From the human T2T-CHM13v2.0 reference genome, Homo sapiens, in the NCBI RefSeq assembly GCF_009914755.1, contig NC_060941.1: 64,000 nucleotides of DNA; one strand, given 5' to 3'. Under the pieces are notes generated by a model. The model did no database searches. It was not told the DNA's origin and was given only the letters and a program-made list of their open reading frames with translations. The position numbers were made by a program, and so were the translations under genes. Position 1 is the first letter of the stretch. Every line of letters begins with the position of its first letter. This document shows positions 1 through 16,269 of the stretch, in pieces.

Positions 1-409
1 AGACCTCAATTCCTCTAGTCCTCACTGTGGCTTCCAGAGCCTCCTCTATCCAGAAGGCCCTTTGCCTCTGCTTATGGAGTTTTGTACTCTTCCTCTATCT
101 GCTTTTTGGGGGCAGCTCACACACCACCTCTTCCATGAAGACTTCCCAGATCCCCAGTAACTGAGAGAACTCCATTAAACCACCAAGCACTCTGAGTCCC
201 TTTCTAAAGTAAGTTTCTTGAGGTCTTCCATTTTATTCCCCTTTGTCACGATCCTCCCGTCTCCACCATTTAAAGTATTGCACATAGTTGAGGCTTATTA
301 GGTATTTTGAAATTAACTATGGCACTTGGATCAGAGTTCTTGGTGCCAGCATACACTTGTCTTCACGGGTAGGACCAATACCATCATAGGTGCTGGTCTT
401 TTCAGAGAG

Positions 410-600
410 CTTGCTGGGTGCCAGACACTGTCCTGAACCTTTACAATGTATCTCATCATATAATCTCCCAAGAAGCCAACAGTAGGTACTATGATTAACT
501 CTATTTTAGAAACAAAGAAATCGAAACTGAGAGCAATGAAGCACCTTGCTTAATGTTGCAGACGAAATAGAAAGGCCAGGGTAAAAATGCAGACTCCTCT
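410..600 (-). mobile_element. MIR fragment
   Basis: tgccagacactgtcctgaac...ctattttagaaacaaagaaatcgaaactgagag core-like sequence. Confidence 0.55.
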
Positions 601-1083
601 CTCAGAAACTTCATCCTACTCCACAGTTTCAGTTAACGTGTCTATAAATTTCCCAGCAGCAAGGACTGGATCTTTTTACATTGTTGTACCCGCTGCACAG
701 AGGATTGTTCCAGGAAGAGTAAATGCTCTGCACAAGCTGATGTAAGAATGTGGCTGAACAGGTGTAAAGCACCCAGCACACTGCCTTGCCCATTACAGGC
801 ACTAAATAAATGTTAGGGATCTTAGTAAGCCTACCTGTTCTGCTGTCCTTCCTTCTGCCCCCTCCCTACCCTGCCTGGGCTCTTCCATTGCCCATCCCAC
901 TCCCCCATGTGTGAAAGGTGTGGCTTAGGTATTGGATAGAGCCGATAGAGAATCTTTCCACCATCACAGAACATTCTATTGGACAGGACTGCAACAGCAG
1001 CATCGCCTGAGACTTCATTAAAAATGGAAGACTTCATACTGTCCACCGAGCATCAGAATCTGCACCTGCTGATGCACATTATT

Positions 1084-1089
1084 TTTATT
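1084..1089 (-). terminator. Candidate poly(A) signal AATAAA for the lncRNA
   Basis: tttatt on + strand at the position expected for the lncRNA 3' end. Confidence 0.5.
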
Positions 1090-1119
1090 CTTAATTTTGC
1101 AAGTGGATATAAATATACA

Positions 1120-1453
1120 TAGTCAGCCCCCTGTGTCCATAGTTCTGCACCTGTGGATTCAACCAACTGCAGATCAAAAACATTCCAGAAAAAAAAATCC
1201 ACAAAGTTCCAAAAAGCAAGACTTAAATTTTCTTCACACCAAGTACTACATTGAATCCACATGAATGAAGTGATGCACAGGCGTTGTGTTAGGCATTATA
1301 AGTAATCTAGAGATTATTTAAAGTATATAGGAAGAGGGGAGTAGGTTATATGCAAACACTAAGCCATTTATGTCAGGAACTTGAGCATCCTTGGATTCTG
1401 GTATCCACAGGGCATCCTGGAACCAATCCCCCATGGATACTAAGGGTCAACTG
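1120..1453 (-). mobile_element. MER2-family (TcMar-Tigger) DNA transposon
   Basis: Terminus cagttgacccttagtatccatgggggattggttccagg on the minus strand; TA flank at 1454-1455. Confidence 0.8.
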
Positions 1454-2149
1454 TACCTAATTTTAGAATTATTTTTAAATTAGCAAGTCAAAACCCCCTG
1501 GACAGAGTGTTTTAAACAAATCAAATGATATCCTATATCTGGTCTTGCAACACTCTTTTTTTTTTTTTCTCTGAGCTATGTGTTGTGCAGAATTTTCATA
1601 AATCTAGCAGTTCAAGGGAGCTATAGCATTAGGGAATCATTTGACACAAAATAAATTTTAAAGGAAGTTCACAGCTGGCCTGATGCCCCACATTGAGCGA
1701 ATGCCTCAGATCACAGGATATGCATATCAGTTGGTTAAAATATGCAGATACACTTGGTATCGATATCCAAAAATATCAAAGGGAGGTTTGCACAAGGAGA
1801 GAGCCAAAGCACTGTGGCATGTTTGAGAGGTGAGAGGGCATGCCAGTGGGATCTAATTATAAATCCCAGGCTGCTGAGGTTTTCATGCTTGACACAGAGA
1901 TTAAAATAACTCAAAAACAAACAGTCACAGATTTCAGCCAAAAACACGCTGTTCTTTAGTGGAATAGTTACTCCAGAGCTTCCAAGAAATTTCAGAAGGT
2001 GTGAGCCAGTCCATTCAATTTTCAAACAATTCGAAGAGTGAGTCCTCATGCCTATAATCACGTGAGGGGATCGTCAGAGCTCAGACCTTTCTTTCCATGT
2101 CACGAGATGATCCAGTTTTTTTCTCCGTCCTCTTCTTCTCCCCTCAATA

Positions 2150-2312
2150 ATAAATGATAAAAAGCATTCATTGAGCACTTACTAAATGTTCAGCTCTGTG
2201 CTAAGCACTTATAAACCTATAATGCTCACTGAAACCCTAAGAGATAGGAAAGATGATTATTGCTGTGTTACAGATAAGACAGCAGAGGCTCAGAGTAACT
2301 TGCACAGGGTCA
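2150..2312 (-). mobile_element. MIR fragment
   Basis: agcattcattgagcacttac...ttacagataagacagcagaggctcagagtaacttgcacagggtcac. Confidence 0.65.
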
Positions 2313-2461
2313 CGCAGCCCTTTCCGCCATCTTCCTCCTTCCTTCCTCCTGGCTTCATCAAATGGACTCATCCTTCTTTGCCTCCAGGGGACATCTCATC
2401 TCTTGAGTCCCTACATTCTGACTCTTACTTACCTCTACCATGCCATTAAAAGTGTCCTCTC

Positions 2462-2812
<351 letters not shown>

Positions 2813-3439
2813 CTAACCACTAACCACCGAATCCAGGGTGCTGGTTCTAGCCTTCTTAGTTTTGTTCTCTGCAGTTTCTTTTCCCAAAATCCCCTTTTCC
2901 CATGGCTTTTGCCATTGTGTGCCAGGCACGAGGTCTCTGCCCACTGACTATGCTCTCTTCCCGCCCCCTACCTATAGGATTCATCCCAGGCTCCAGTCCT
3001 GAGCTGTCCCCAGGTCTCCTTTCTTCAGTACCTTGCCCCCTCTCATACCCAATCCTGCCAACGAAGTGGTTGGCTCGATTCCAGGTCTGCTTTCCTGACT
3101 GCCCATCAGACATGTCTACACCAGCTGAAACCCAGGCTGTCTAAGAACAAGCATCTATAACTACCCACTGATGATGCCCCACCCAATGGCCCCTTGCTAC
3201 CAAATTGCCCTGCAGCCACAGTGGACAATTCCAGCAAGTGGCCACCTCCTGCCTCAGCCACCTGTGACTCTTGTTTTTTTCTTTCTTTTATTTTTCTTGC
3301 TGTTCTTTGGCCTTGTTTAGTTCCTTGCAGAAGCATCTCAGAAGTGCCAGGGGTTTACCCTGTCTAAGGACAACCCTCAAGGAAGGGAGTCATTAGATAA
3401 ATATTCCATCTTTTTCATCCTTCGATTGGGCAATTTTGG

Positions 3440-3787
3440 TTTTTTTTGTTTTTGTTTTTGTTTTTGTTTTTGTTTTTGTTTTTGTTTTTGTTTTGAGACA
3501 GGGTCTCTGTCACCCATCACCCAGGCTGGAGTGCAGTGGTACAATCTTAGCTCACTGAAACCTTGAATTTCTGGGCTCAAGTGATCCTCCCACCTCAGCC
3601 TCCCAAGTAGTGGGACTAGGGACTACAGGCACATGCCACCACACTTAGCTAACTTCAAAATTTGTCTTGTAGAGATGAGGTCTTGCTATGTTGCCCAGGT
3701 TAGTCTCTAACTTCTGGCTTCAGGGGATCCTCCCGGCTCAGCCTCCCAAAGTGCTGGGATTACAGGTGTGAGCCACTGCACCTGGCC
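3440..3787 (-). mobile_element. Alu (AluJ-like) with (TTTTTG)n tail at 3440-3494
   Basis: Reverse Alu consensus; patterned tail. Confidence 0.92.
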
Positions 3788-5266
3788 TGATTTGGCACTT
3801 CTGAAGTTTATTTTATTGAGTTGCTTGGAGGGTCCCCAGTGAGATTCAGCCCTGTATGCCCACAGCATAACCTCTCATTCGCCACCCTTTATTGACTTTT
3901 CTCCCTCCCAATTCTCTCTCTTTGTTCTTCCAAAGATAAACTCACAAATCCAGTTACACACAAACGTTTCTCTGCCTCGAGAAGAATCCAAAATAAGATA
4001 CCAATCACAAATCATTTTTTTTTCCTGCTGGATTCTTTGCTGAGGCCTGTGATTTTTCTAAGTCTCCCAGACATCAGGGTTCCAAGCTTAGACACATTCT
4101 GTATTCTTTTGCTCCATCCCCTTCACCCTTCTGAGTGTTTGTGACTCATGGCTTTCAAATGTCTAATATTTCCATTATTCCATTCTTCCCAGCCTGGTGC
4201 AGGTCCTACAACCTCACACTGTGATGACCCCACCACCACCACCGTTGCTCACACCATCCCATCTGCCAGAAATGCTTTTCGGACTTTGCTGGGCTTGTCC
4301 TTGCAGAGTGCCTCTTGTGTGCCCTGCCTTGTGCCAGGCAGGTACTTCAGACTCCTGGGATGACCTTCCTTCCCAACCCACCCCCGCAATGGCTGTCTTC
4401 TCAGAACTTCCCTTACATTATCATGTACTCCATTCATCTGACATTGAGATATACTGTCTTTCACCAGTGGTTGTTAAGATGTGTACATTTCTGGCTCCTC
4501 CCATTAATTTTAAGTGTTCTGGGATCAAGGAGTATATCACATATGCTTTCTTGCTTGCTTTTTTTTTTGTTTTTAATCCTTTTAACAGGGGCTCAGTCAA
4601 CATTGGCTGGTTTAATTTGACTGATAATGTTAAATTGCCAACAAAGCAAATGCAGGTAAATAGTGCTCTTGAATGTGGACAAACGGATTCCTTCCCCAAA
4701 CTGTGCTGAATCAATTTCCAGACGGCTCACCCACAAAGTCCTAACCAAAAGCTTGGTATTACAGCAAGCCGCCCAAGCCGGTGGAATTAATTAGCCTGCA
4801 CCTACGTGCCAACATCATTCTACCAGTCAATACTCTTGATGGTCTGTGATATAAAAAGGATAGTGTCTGTCCTAGAGGTGCTATGAAGAATGTGAATTGG
4901 TAGCTTTCTGTCTCTAGATTGAACAGTGGTGACCATTCATTCATTTGTTCAACAAACATCTATTTAGCATCTGGTAAGCTCCAGGTACTGTGCTAGGCAC
5001 TGGGGATATAATATCAAAGGTGAGAGTCAAAGTCTCTTTTTTGTGGGGAGATGGAATAAATAAGTAAACAACTAAATTAAATTATTGCGGAGTGTGGTAA
5101 GAACAAGGGAAGACATAAACCTATGCTATATTAGAGGGAAAAGAGGCTTCTTGAAGAAGGGGTAACTTATGAAACTGATCAAAACTAGATCATCCGACAC
5201 TGGTACATACACATCCATCACACCCATATAAGTGACGGAGAGGCAGGTGATGTTAAAGGAAAATCT

Positions 5267-5618
<352 letters not shown>

Positions 5619-8138
5619 TCAGCAAATGGCAGTGTCAGCAAAGGGTCTAGTCAAGTTGACTTTGGCTTTAAAAACAGACAGAGAAGTTTGGTGAAAGGGT
5701 GATGTGGAGGTGACTGAGTCAAAGGCTGGAGTGTGGCAAAGAAGTGCATTCCAGGGGTATGATGGAGAGAAAAGCAAAGCTACCGTCTCTTCTACAAGAG
5801 GACAGTCAGAACAAACACAACACAGTCTCACATCCAGGGGAAACGTGAATGAAATGGCTTCAGAAAGACCCAGACACCCAGAAGTGCCAGCACCAGGTGA
5901 CAGAGGGAGGGGACCCATCCAGAACACACCTTCTCCCTGTGGCAGAACTAGCGAAACCAAATAGGGCAACACAGAAAGGCGACCTGGTGTGTGTGGGTTC
6001 AGAGCACAACTTCCCCAAGCCTCCTCCAGGGGGTTAACTGGAAGTCCTACCCAGATTTTGCAAGAAGCTTTGTCATGCAAATATTCTCCAAGACATCAGT
6101 TCAGGCACTCACCTCAAATGCCCTCCCTTCTCCCTCGGTCATTTCTTCCTTTCCAGTGAGCAGGTCACAAGGGCAGGCGCAGGAGATGTGATTGAGCTGT
6201 GCTGGGAAATGCCTCGGCCCCACCCCACTCCTACTACCCCCTGTGAGGAGGAGGCACAGGCGGGCACTGCCCTCGGAACACTAAAGCTTTGTTTCCTGGA
6301 GGTTCTGAAATCAGCCTCCTCACGTACCTCACCCAACACCAAACGTTCTGTCTCCACTTCCTCCTCCACCAAGGACTTTGGGGGGCTTGAAGGAGAATGA
6401 GGGAGAGCGGCAGAAAGGATGGCTAGCTAGTAAAGCCCCACATGCCTGCTCAGGCCTGTTCAAGCCCAGTGAGGTATATGTGGGTTCAGAACTGATTACA
6501 CTTCCCCATCTTACAGATGAGAAAATGGGCTTAGAGAAACTGAAGAATTCGACCCGGGTCACATGGTGGGTAGATGCTGAACAGGCTTTGAACTCTGGTA
6601 ATTCCAAGGGCACAAGCTGTGTATTTTTTCCTGTAACATCACCTGTCTCCTTGCCAGCTGGGCTGGAGAGATGGCTCTCTGTTGAAGAAAGAGAAGACTC
6701 AGATTCAAGTTCAGGGTCAGCCCTTAATTAGAGTGTGGGTTTCCTGTGGGAAAATGGGGGTTGGCCCCATGTACAAGTCTCCGATGAGGTCATACGCCGT
6801 AAGTCTGTTCCATGGGCTCTGTAGAAAAAACACAGCTGATGAAAAAAATAACAAACCATCACATTGTTATTCATTTATTCATTCACTCATTCAATGAAAG
6901 GTTTATTGAGAGGCTTCTAGGTGTCAGGCCCAGGGCAGGGAGAGATAATAAGGATCTGATCCTTCAGCCTAGAAGTGAAAGGCACATTCTTAAGAAATCT
7001 ATCCAACCCTTCATTTTACAGAGGTAGAAAGTGAAGCCCAGAGAGGGAAAGCAACTCACCCAAGGTCACACAGCGAGGCAGCAGCAACCACCAAGACCTA
7101 GGGTAGCCTGCCTGACAGTGGGCCTATCAGCAGCCCAGGCTATCCAAAGAAGGTAGGACATGTCATTCAGTTCAACCTAATAGACCTGTTCTAAATCAAC
7201 TAAGCCAGGAAGCCAAAACCTGCTTATGGGGCCCTACTGCGGGTCTCCCTGGGGAGAGGAATCAGCCACTGAGCTTTTGACAGAAATCAGCCACCCTGCA
7301 GGAGATGTCCTACAGAGATGACCAGCCCAATTTGTTGCTGAAGCCCTCACTTTAGTGAGCCCAGTTCCTAAGCCCAGCACTAAAGATAACACACCTCCCT
7401 CCATACTAAGTCCCTGTCAATATTCATCCAGCATCTAAAGTTCTGGTGCCAGAAGCTGCACCTCCACAGATCTTCAAGCTAATCTGTCCTAGCCCAGGTG
7501 AGATTTTGCATCCGAAGAAAATAAGACTTTAGTCAGATTACCCAGGAATAGGACCTGATGGGTATCCCAGGGACTAACCCTCTCGCCCTGCAGATCACTG
7601 CCTGACCCCTCCACCTGGCTGACATGTCCCTGGGTAGAGAGCTCTTCTGGTAGAGAAGCACAGACGGTTCCGGGAAGCAGGAAATGTCAGGGTCATGGCC
7701 GGTGCTAGAAGAGTTGCCTTCTGTCCTTGAAAGCTGAGGTTAAGCCACATCCGATGACCTCAGAGGACATGGCAGGTGAGCATAGGACCGTAGCATGGCA
7801 GAAACCCAGCCACCTGCCAGGGCGAGGCCTGCACCCTCGGGGAGCCACTGTAAACATCTGCCCCTCCGCATCACGCAACTTACCAGAGACGAGGCTTAAA
7901 CACAAGCCTTCATTTTCTCATTAATAAATCCAGTGGTTTCCCTTGGAGAGACTGCTGCTAGCCACTAAATAAACCAAAAAGAAAACTCTCTGGAAAGGCA
8001 AACAGGTTTTCAGGCCAATTCTGATCCATCTCAGCAAAGAAGTGGTCTTTGATGCCTCTAAAGCTTTTTGTCTTGGACAACCGGCAGTGGAGCTCAAGGA
8101 CTCGGGGCTCCATACCTGACTAAGAGATTTTGTCTCTA

Positions 8139-8610
<472 letters not shown>

Positions 8611-8821
8611 TCAAATGTACCAATGAGGCATCACTTCTGCCTGGGACACCCTCCTGTGCCCAGGAGCTTTGCATGTCTGGCTCACTCCTACCACTTGGTT
8701 CTCTGCCCAGTGTCACCTCCCTAGAAGAGCCTTCTCCCACCATGCCGTAAAAGGTGCCTCCCACTTCCCTGTCACCTTCTAACACAGTGCCCTGTGAACT
8801 GGGATACAGGAGAAACAAGAG

Positions 8822-9715
8822 AAGAGCCCCCACTGAGTATAGGAAGAGATCTCCACTGAAAAGAGAAAGAAACCCCCACTGAAGAGGGGAGGGACCCCTC
8901 ACTGACCATGGGAAGAGCCCCCCTTTGATTATGAGGAGAGCCCCCCCACTGAATGGGAAGAGCCCCCCCAGTTAATATGAGAAGACCCCTCCCACTGACT
9001 ATGGGAAGAGCCCCCCAGTGAATATGGGAAAAGCCCCCCTTTGATTATGAGACGAGCCCCCCACTGACCATGGGAAGAGCCCCCCACTGAATGGAAAGAG
9101 TCTCCCCCAGTTAATATGAGAAGAGCCCTCCCACTGACTATGGGAAGAGCCCCCCACTGACCATGGGAAGAGCCCCGCAGTGAATATGGGAAGAGCCCCC
9201 CCTAGTTAATATGAGAAGAGCCCCCCTAGTTAATATGAGAAGAGCCCCCCTCCACTGACTGTGGGAAGAGCCCCCCAGTGAATATGGGAAGAGCCCCCCA
9301 CTATGGGAAGAGCCCCCCATTGGCTTTGGGAAGAGCCCCCCACTGACCATGGAAAGAGCCCCCCACTGACTATGGGAAGAGGCCCCCATTGACTTTGGGA
9401 AGAGCCCCCCACTGACCATGGGAAGAGCCCCCCACTGACTATGGGAAGAGCCCCCCATTGACTTTGGGAAGAGCCCCCCACTGACCATGGGAAGAGCCCC
9501 CCACTGACTATGGGAAGAACCCGCATCCCCACCCCCGCCACCAAGTATGAGAAGAGATCTCCACTGAATAGGGGAAGAGGCCCCCACCGAAAAGGGGAAG
9601 AACCTCACTAAGTATAGGAAGAGCCACCCACTGATTATAAGAGCCCCCACTGATTATAAGAGCCCCCACTGAATAGGGGAAGAGGCCTCCACTGAGCACA
9701 GGAAAAGCCCCCAAC
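8822..9715. repeat. GC-rich minisatellite (VNTR-like), ~23-bp unit ATGGGAAGAGCCCCCCACTGAC(C/T)
   Basis: ~38 degenerate tandem copies; the most homogeneous part (~9300-9520) has a 3-unit (69-bp) higher-order period. Confidence 0.92.
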
Positions 9716-10564
9716 AGAGTCATGCTCCTGGCCACTTTCTCCACCTTGTCCTCAGAACAAGCCACTGACTGGTGGGCAAGAGCCATGGGCCCAGGTTTCT
9801 GGAGTCAGCTGCTAATTTATCTAAAGTCTGTAAGGCCTGGACACTGAGTCTCAGAAGTAGTCCTGCTAGTCTTGCTCTATAGATCCTAACTTGGCCTCAG
9901 AAGACTGTCCCTAGAGCTAAACTGAAAGGGGGAACTGAGAGCTCAGGCAAGCCCACCTGGTCCCAGGACAATCAGGTTCTCCAGCCTAGCTCTGATCATT
10001 AAAAATCACACATGGGAGCTGCACCTGCCTGACTGCTGTGCCCATGTCTCTGTTGGCTTAAAATCAGGCAAAGACTTCCTTAGACCCTTTCTATGTGTTT
10101 GTTTATTTTGATCTCTCCTCCATTAGAATGTAACCACCAGGGTCTCTGCTTTTGCTCACTGTATCCTTAGTCCCTAGAAGGGTCCCCAGCGCCTAGTGGG
10201 TGAGTATCAGATATATATTGCTAGAGAAAACAGATCATCATTATTGAGGGTCTACTATATGCTAGGCATGAGATGGATGTCTCACCTGATCCCCTTGACA
10301 ACCTTTAAGGATGATGTGATTAAGCCCATTTTGCAGATGAGGAAACTGGGATTCAGAGATAGACAGTGAGCTTTCTAGCATGACATTAATGAGGAGCATC
10401 ACGCCAGGCCCTGAAGTGCAGGGGGCTCTCATTCCACGGTTTTAACACTCAAAACCACAGTGGAAGTTCAACACTACCAACAGCAATCATTTCAAATGAA
10501 AAGAACAACTCTTTAATTACTTTGACAAGTTGACTTTTAACCTACCTATTTTCAAAAAGTATTT

Positions 10565-12295
<1,731 letters not shown>

Positions 12296-13067
12296 TGATA
12301 GGAGGTGCCCTCAGCAAAAACACATCTCTACAAATTATAATAAAGACCAGTAACATGATACAAGTAGAGACAAATAGTTAAAGGGAGAAGGGAGAAGAGC
12401 AAGCCGCTCATAAGTAATGAGGAGAAACACTCTCTGAGTGATGGCCTAGTCTTATGCTGGCATTCCAAATGAACCTTGTGAATAAAGGCACATTTGAAAA
12501 ACACTGTCATTTTAATGTTTCCCAATATAGCAATGCAATACTACCAATATCATCAAAAACAGTTGGAATGTAATATTTAATGGCAAATGGTGAGATCTAG
12601 AAATTTTTAATATAAGCCAGGGAAATAAGAAGGGACTGTCTGTTCTCCATTCTTGGCCATTTGAGTCACTCTGTTGAAGTGCATTTCTGTGGATGCATTT
12701 GATTTCATATTAATCACCACTGCATTTCTAGCTCACCATGTGGCTTTTGGCCAGGCATTCACAATTCACCTATAAAACGAAAGGGTGGGGCAACATTCTT
12801 TGCTGTTCTAAAATCTATGACTTGACTTGGCTCAACCGGAATATATGAAGCATGGAAATCTCTCTCTTTGTGTCCTTGAAGGGTTTACATTTCTTTTAAT
12901 GGCCACAAATTAGAAGCAAGAAATAATGGGTCAAGTCATTATTAAATAGTATTTATTTCCAACCCAAACGTTACTTTTAATGGGGTACTAAACTAAGCAG
13001 CAGAAGTATGCAATAAGAACAGAGGAAATGTCATGTCCTCCAATCTTTGCTCAAATGTCCCCCCTCT

Positions 13068-13357
13068 CTTTTTTTATTTTTTGAGACAGGGTCTTGCTCT
13101 GTTGCCCAGGCTGTGAAGTGCAGTGATGCTATCATAGCTCACCAGAGCCTCAATCTCCTGGTCTCAAGGGATCCTCCCGCCTCAGTCTCCTAGGTGGTCG
13201 GTTCTACAGGCATGCATCACCACGCCTGGCTAATTTTAAAATTTTTTGTAGAGATGAGGGTCTCGTTATGTTGCCTAGGCTTGTCTTGAACTCCTGGCCT
13301 CAAGCAATCCTCCCGCTTTGACCTCCCAAAATGCTGCTTGAACCCCTGTGCCTGGCC
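13068..13357 (-). mobile_element. Alu (AluJ-like)
   Basis: Reverse Alu, diverged. Confidence 0.9.
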
Positions 13358-13366
13358 AAATGTCTC

Positions 13367-13682
<316 letters not shown>

Positions 13683-14809
13683 CCAAATGTCTCCTTTTTA
13701 AAGAGCTCTCAGCCTCTATTTAAAATTGCAACCCAATGGCCATGCCTCCCTCCAGCACTGGAGATTGTCTCAACTCTGCTTTCCTTTTCTTTTTCAGTAG
13801 CACTTATCAACTTCCAGTAGATAATATAATTTACTAATTTAACACACCTATTATTTATCACCTTTAGAAGCAGATTTCTCTGATGTATACTATGCACCCA
13901 GCACTGTACAGAAGAGAATTCTGAGCAGGAGAATTGGGCCTTTTCCAGTATACTGAGACTTCTTCCAAAACTTAAGAAAATGTTTAGCTGGAAGATAGTC
14001 TGTGTCAGTCTGTTTTAAAATACAGGCATGCACACTGTGCCATGATGGCTTTCCCATCTCAGTAGTAGACTCTGCTTATCATGTCCATCAACAATCAGAA
14101 AATAATGATTTGTTCCTACATCAACACTGCAGTTACTCAGTTCATATATTTGTTTATTGAACTGAGAGCTTCTATTAAATTGTGAATATATCAAATAGTG
14201 TTTGTTGAGCTGAGAGTCTCTTTATGTGATAAGTTTGTTTCTAAAACTAATTGCTGCTTTAGAATACCTATAATGCAAATTATTCCGCCTGGTACCCGCT
14301 CCTCCTTTGAGAACAACGCTTCCCACCTCGTCCCACGGTTCTGGCAGGAGCAGCTCTGTTGGTGCATGGCCTTCTTCCTCCCCTTGGCTACAGTTGACGG
14401 GTCCAAGGATGGGCATCTGACTTTAGCTAATCCAATCAGAGTCCTGCCTTGAGATTTGGCTGACTAGAACCGAATAAGGGAAGCTCGCCCTCAGTGAAAG
14501 CTGCAAGATGTAAAAGTCAAGGGCAAGAGGGTGCTCATGTTTCCTCCCAAATGAAGAAAGCAGATCTGTAAAGAGAGAGAAGAAAGCTCCGTGCAGAGAA
14601 AACTCATTCCACACATGCCCAGAAGATGGACTATATTCTTTCTGTCCTTCCGGTTGATATTTCATTCTTTCTTGATTGTTGTTGTTGCTTTGTTTTGACA
14701 TAATCCTTCCAATAAATACCTTGGGATCCATGCTAGTCCCACTTGGGGATCTACTCCTTGCAGCTCCCAATCCATGCATTAAGAGGTCATGATAAAGACA
14801 GTCACAGCT

Positions 14810-15411
<602 letters not shown>

Positions 15412-15979
15412 TCACAGCAACTACTGAGACGGGAAAGCTATCATGGCATGGTGTGCATGCCTGTATTTTAAAACAGACTGATACTTACAGACTATCTTCC
15501 GGCTAAACATTTTCCTAAGTTTTGGAAGAAGTCTCAATAAATTGGAACAAGTCTCAATTTTCCTGCTCAGAATTCTCTGATGCTCAGATGATGATGGTTC
15601 AATTGGAGGTAGCTCACCAGGGCAAACGGCCTGCTTCTGCACTGCCAGAGGAACGAAGGTGGAAGCCGCTCAAAAAGAGGAGCTTCAGTTGGAGCAACTC
15701 ACCTCAGCACTAAAAGAAAGATGTGAAGTCCCCTGGGGAAGTCAGAAGCCGACAAAGGATGACAGAGAAAACTCCAGAAATGTTAAAGAGAAAGAGATCA
15801 ACAACTGGTACATTAATAATCTGAATGATAGAAGAAACCTAGAAAATTTGCAAACTGCTTCAGTTGATGAAACTTTTCTCAATTGTAATAATTATTTGTC
15901 CATTCCATTATTATAAGGCCTCTGTTTGAGCAGAAATACCATGCATAAAAGAAGAGAAAAAGGATTTGTTCTGTGTGTC

Positions 15980-16269
15980 TTTTTTTTGGAGACAGAGTCT
16001 TACTCTGTTGCCCAGGCTGGAGTGCAGTGGCGTGATTGGGCTAACTGCAACCTCCACCTCCCAGGATGAAGCAACTCTCCTGCCTCAGCCTCCTGAGTAG
16101 CTGGGACTACAGGCATGCACCACCACGTCCAGCTAATTTGTGTATTTTTAGTAGAGCTGAGGTTTCAACATGTTGGCCAGGCTGGTCTCGAACTCCTGAC
16201 CTCAAGTGATCTGCCTACCTTGGCCTCCCAAAGGGCTGGGATTACAGGCGTGAGCCACCGTGCCCGGCC
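15980..16269 (-). mobile_element. Alu (AluS-like)
   Basis: Reverse Alu consensus. Confidence 0.93.

Noticed and set aside
9138-9650. Repetitive 170-aa and 104-aa ORFs
   Set aside because: Artefacts of translating the 23-bp minisatellite.
8822-9715. Repeat array resembling CRISPR
   Set aside because: Units are contiguous with no unique spacers, there are no cas genes, and the context is eukaryotic.
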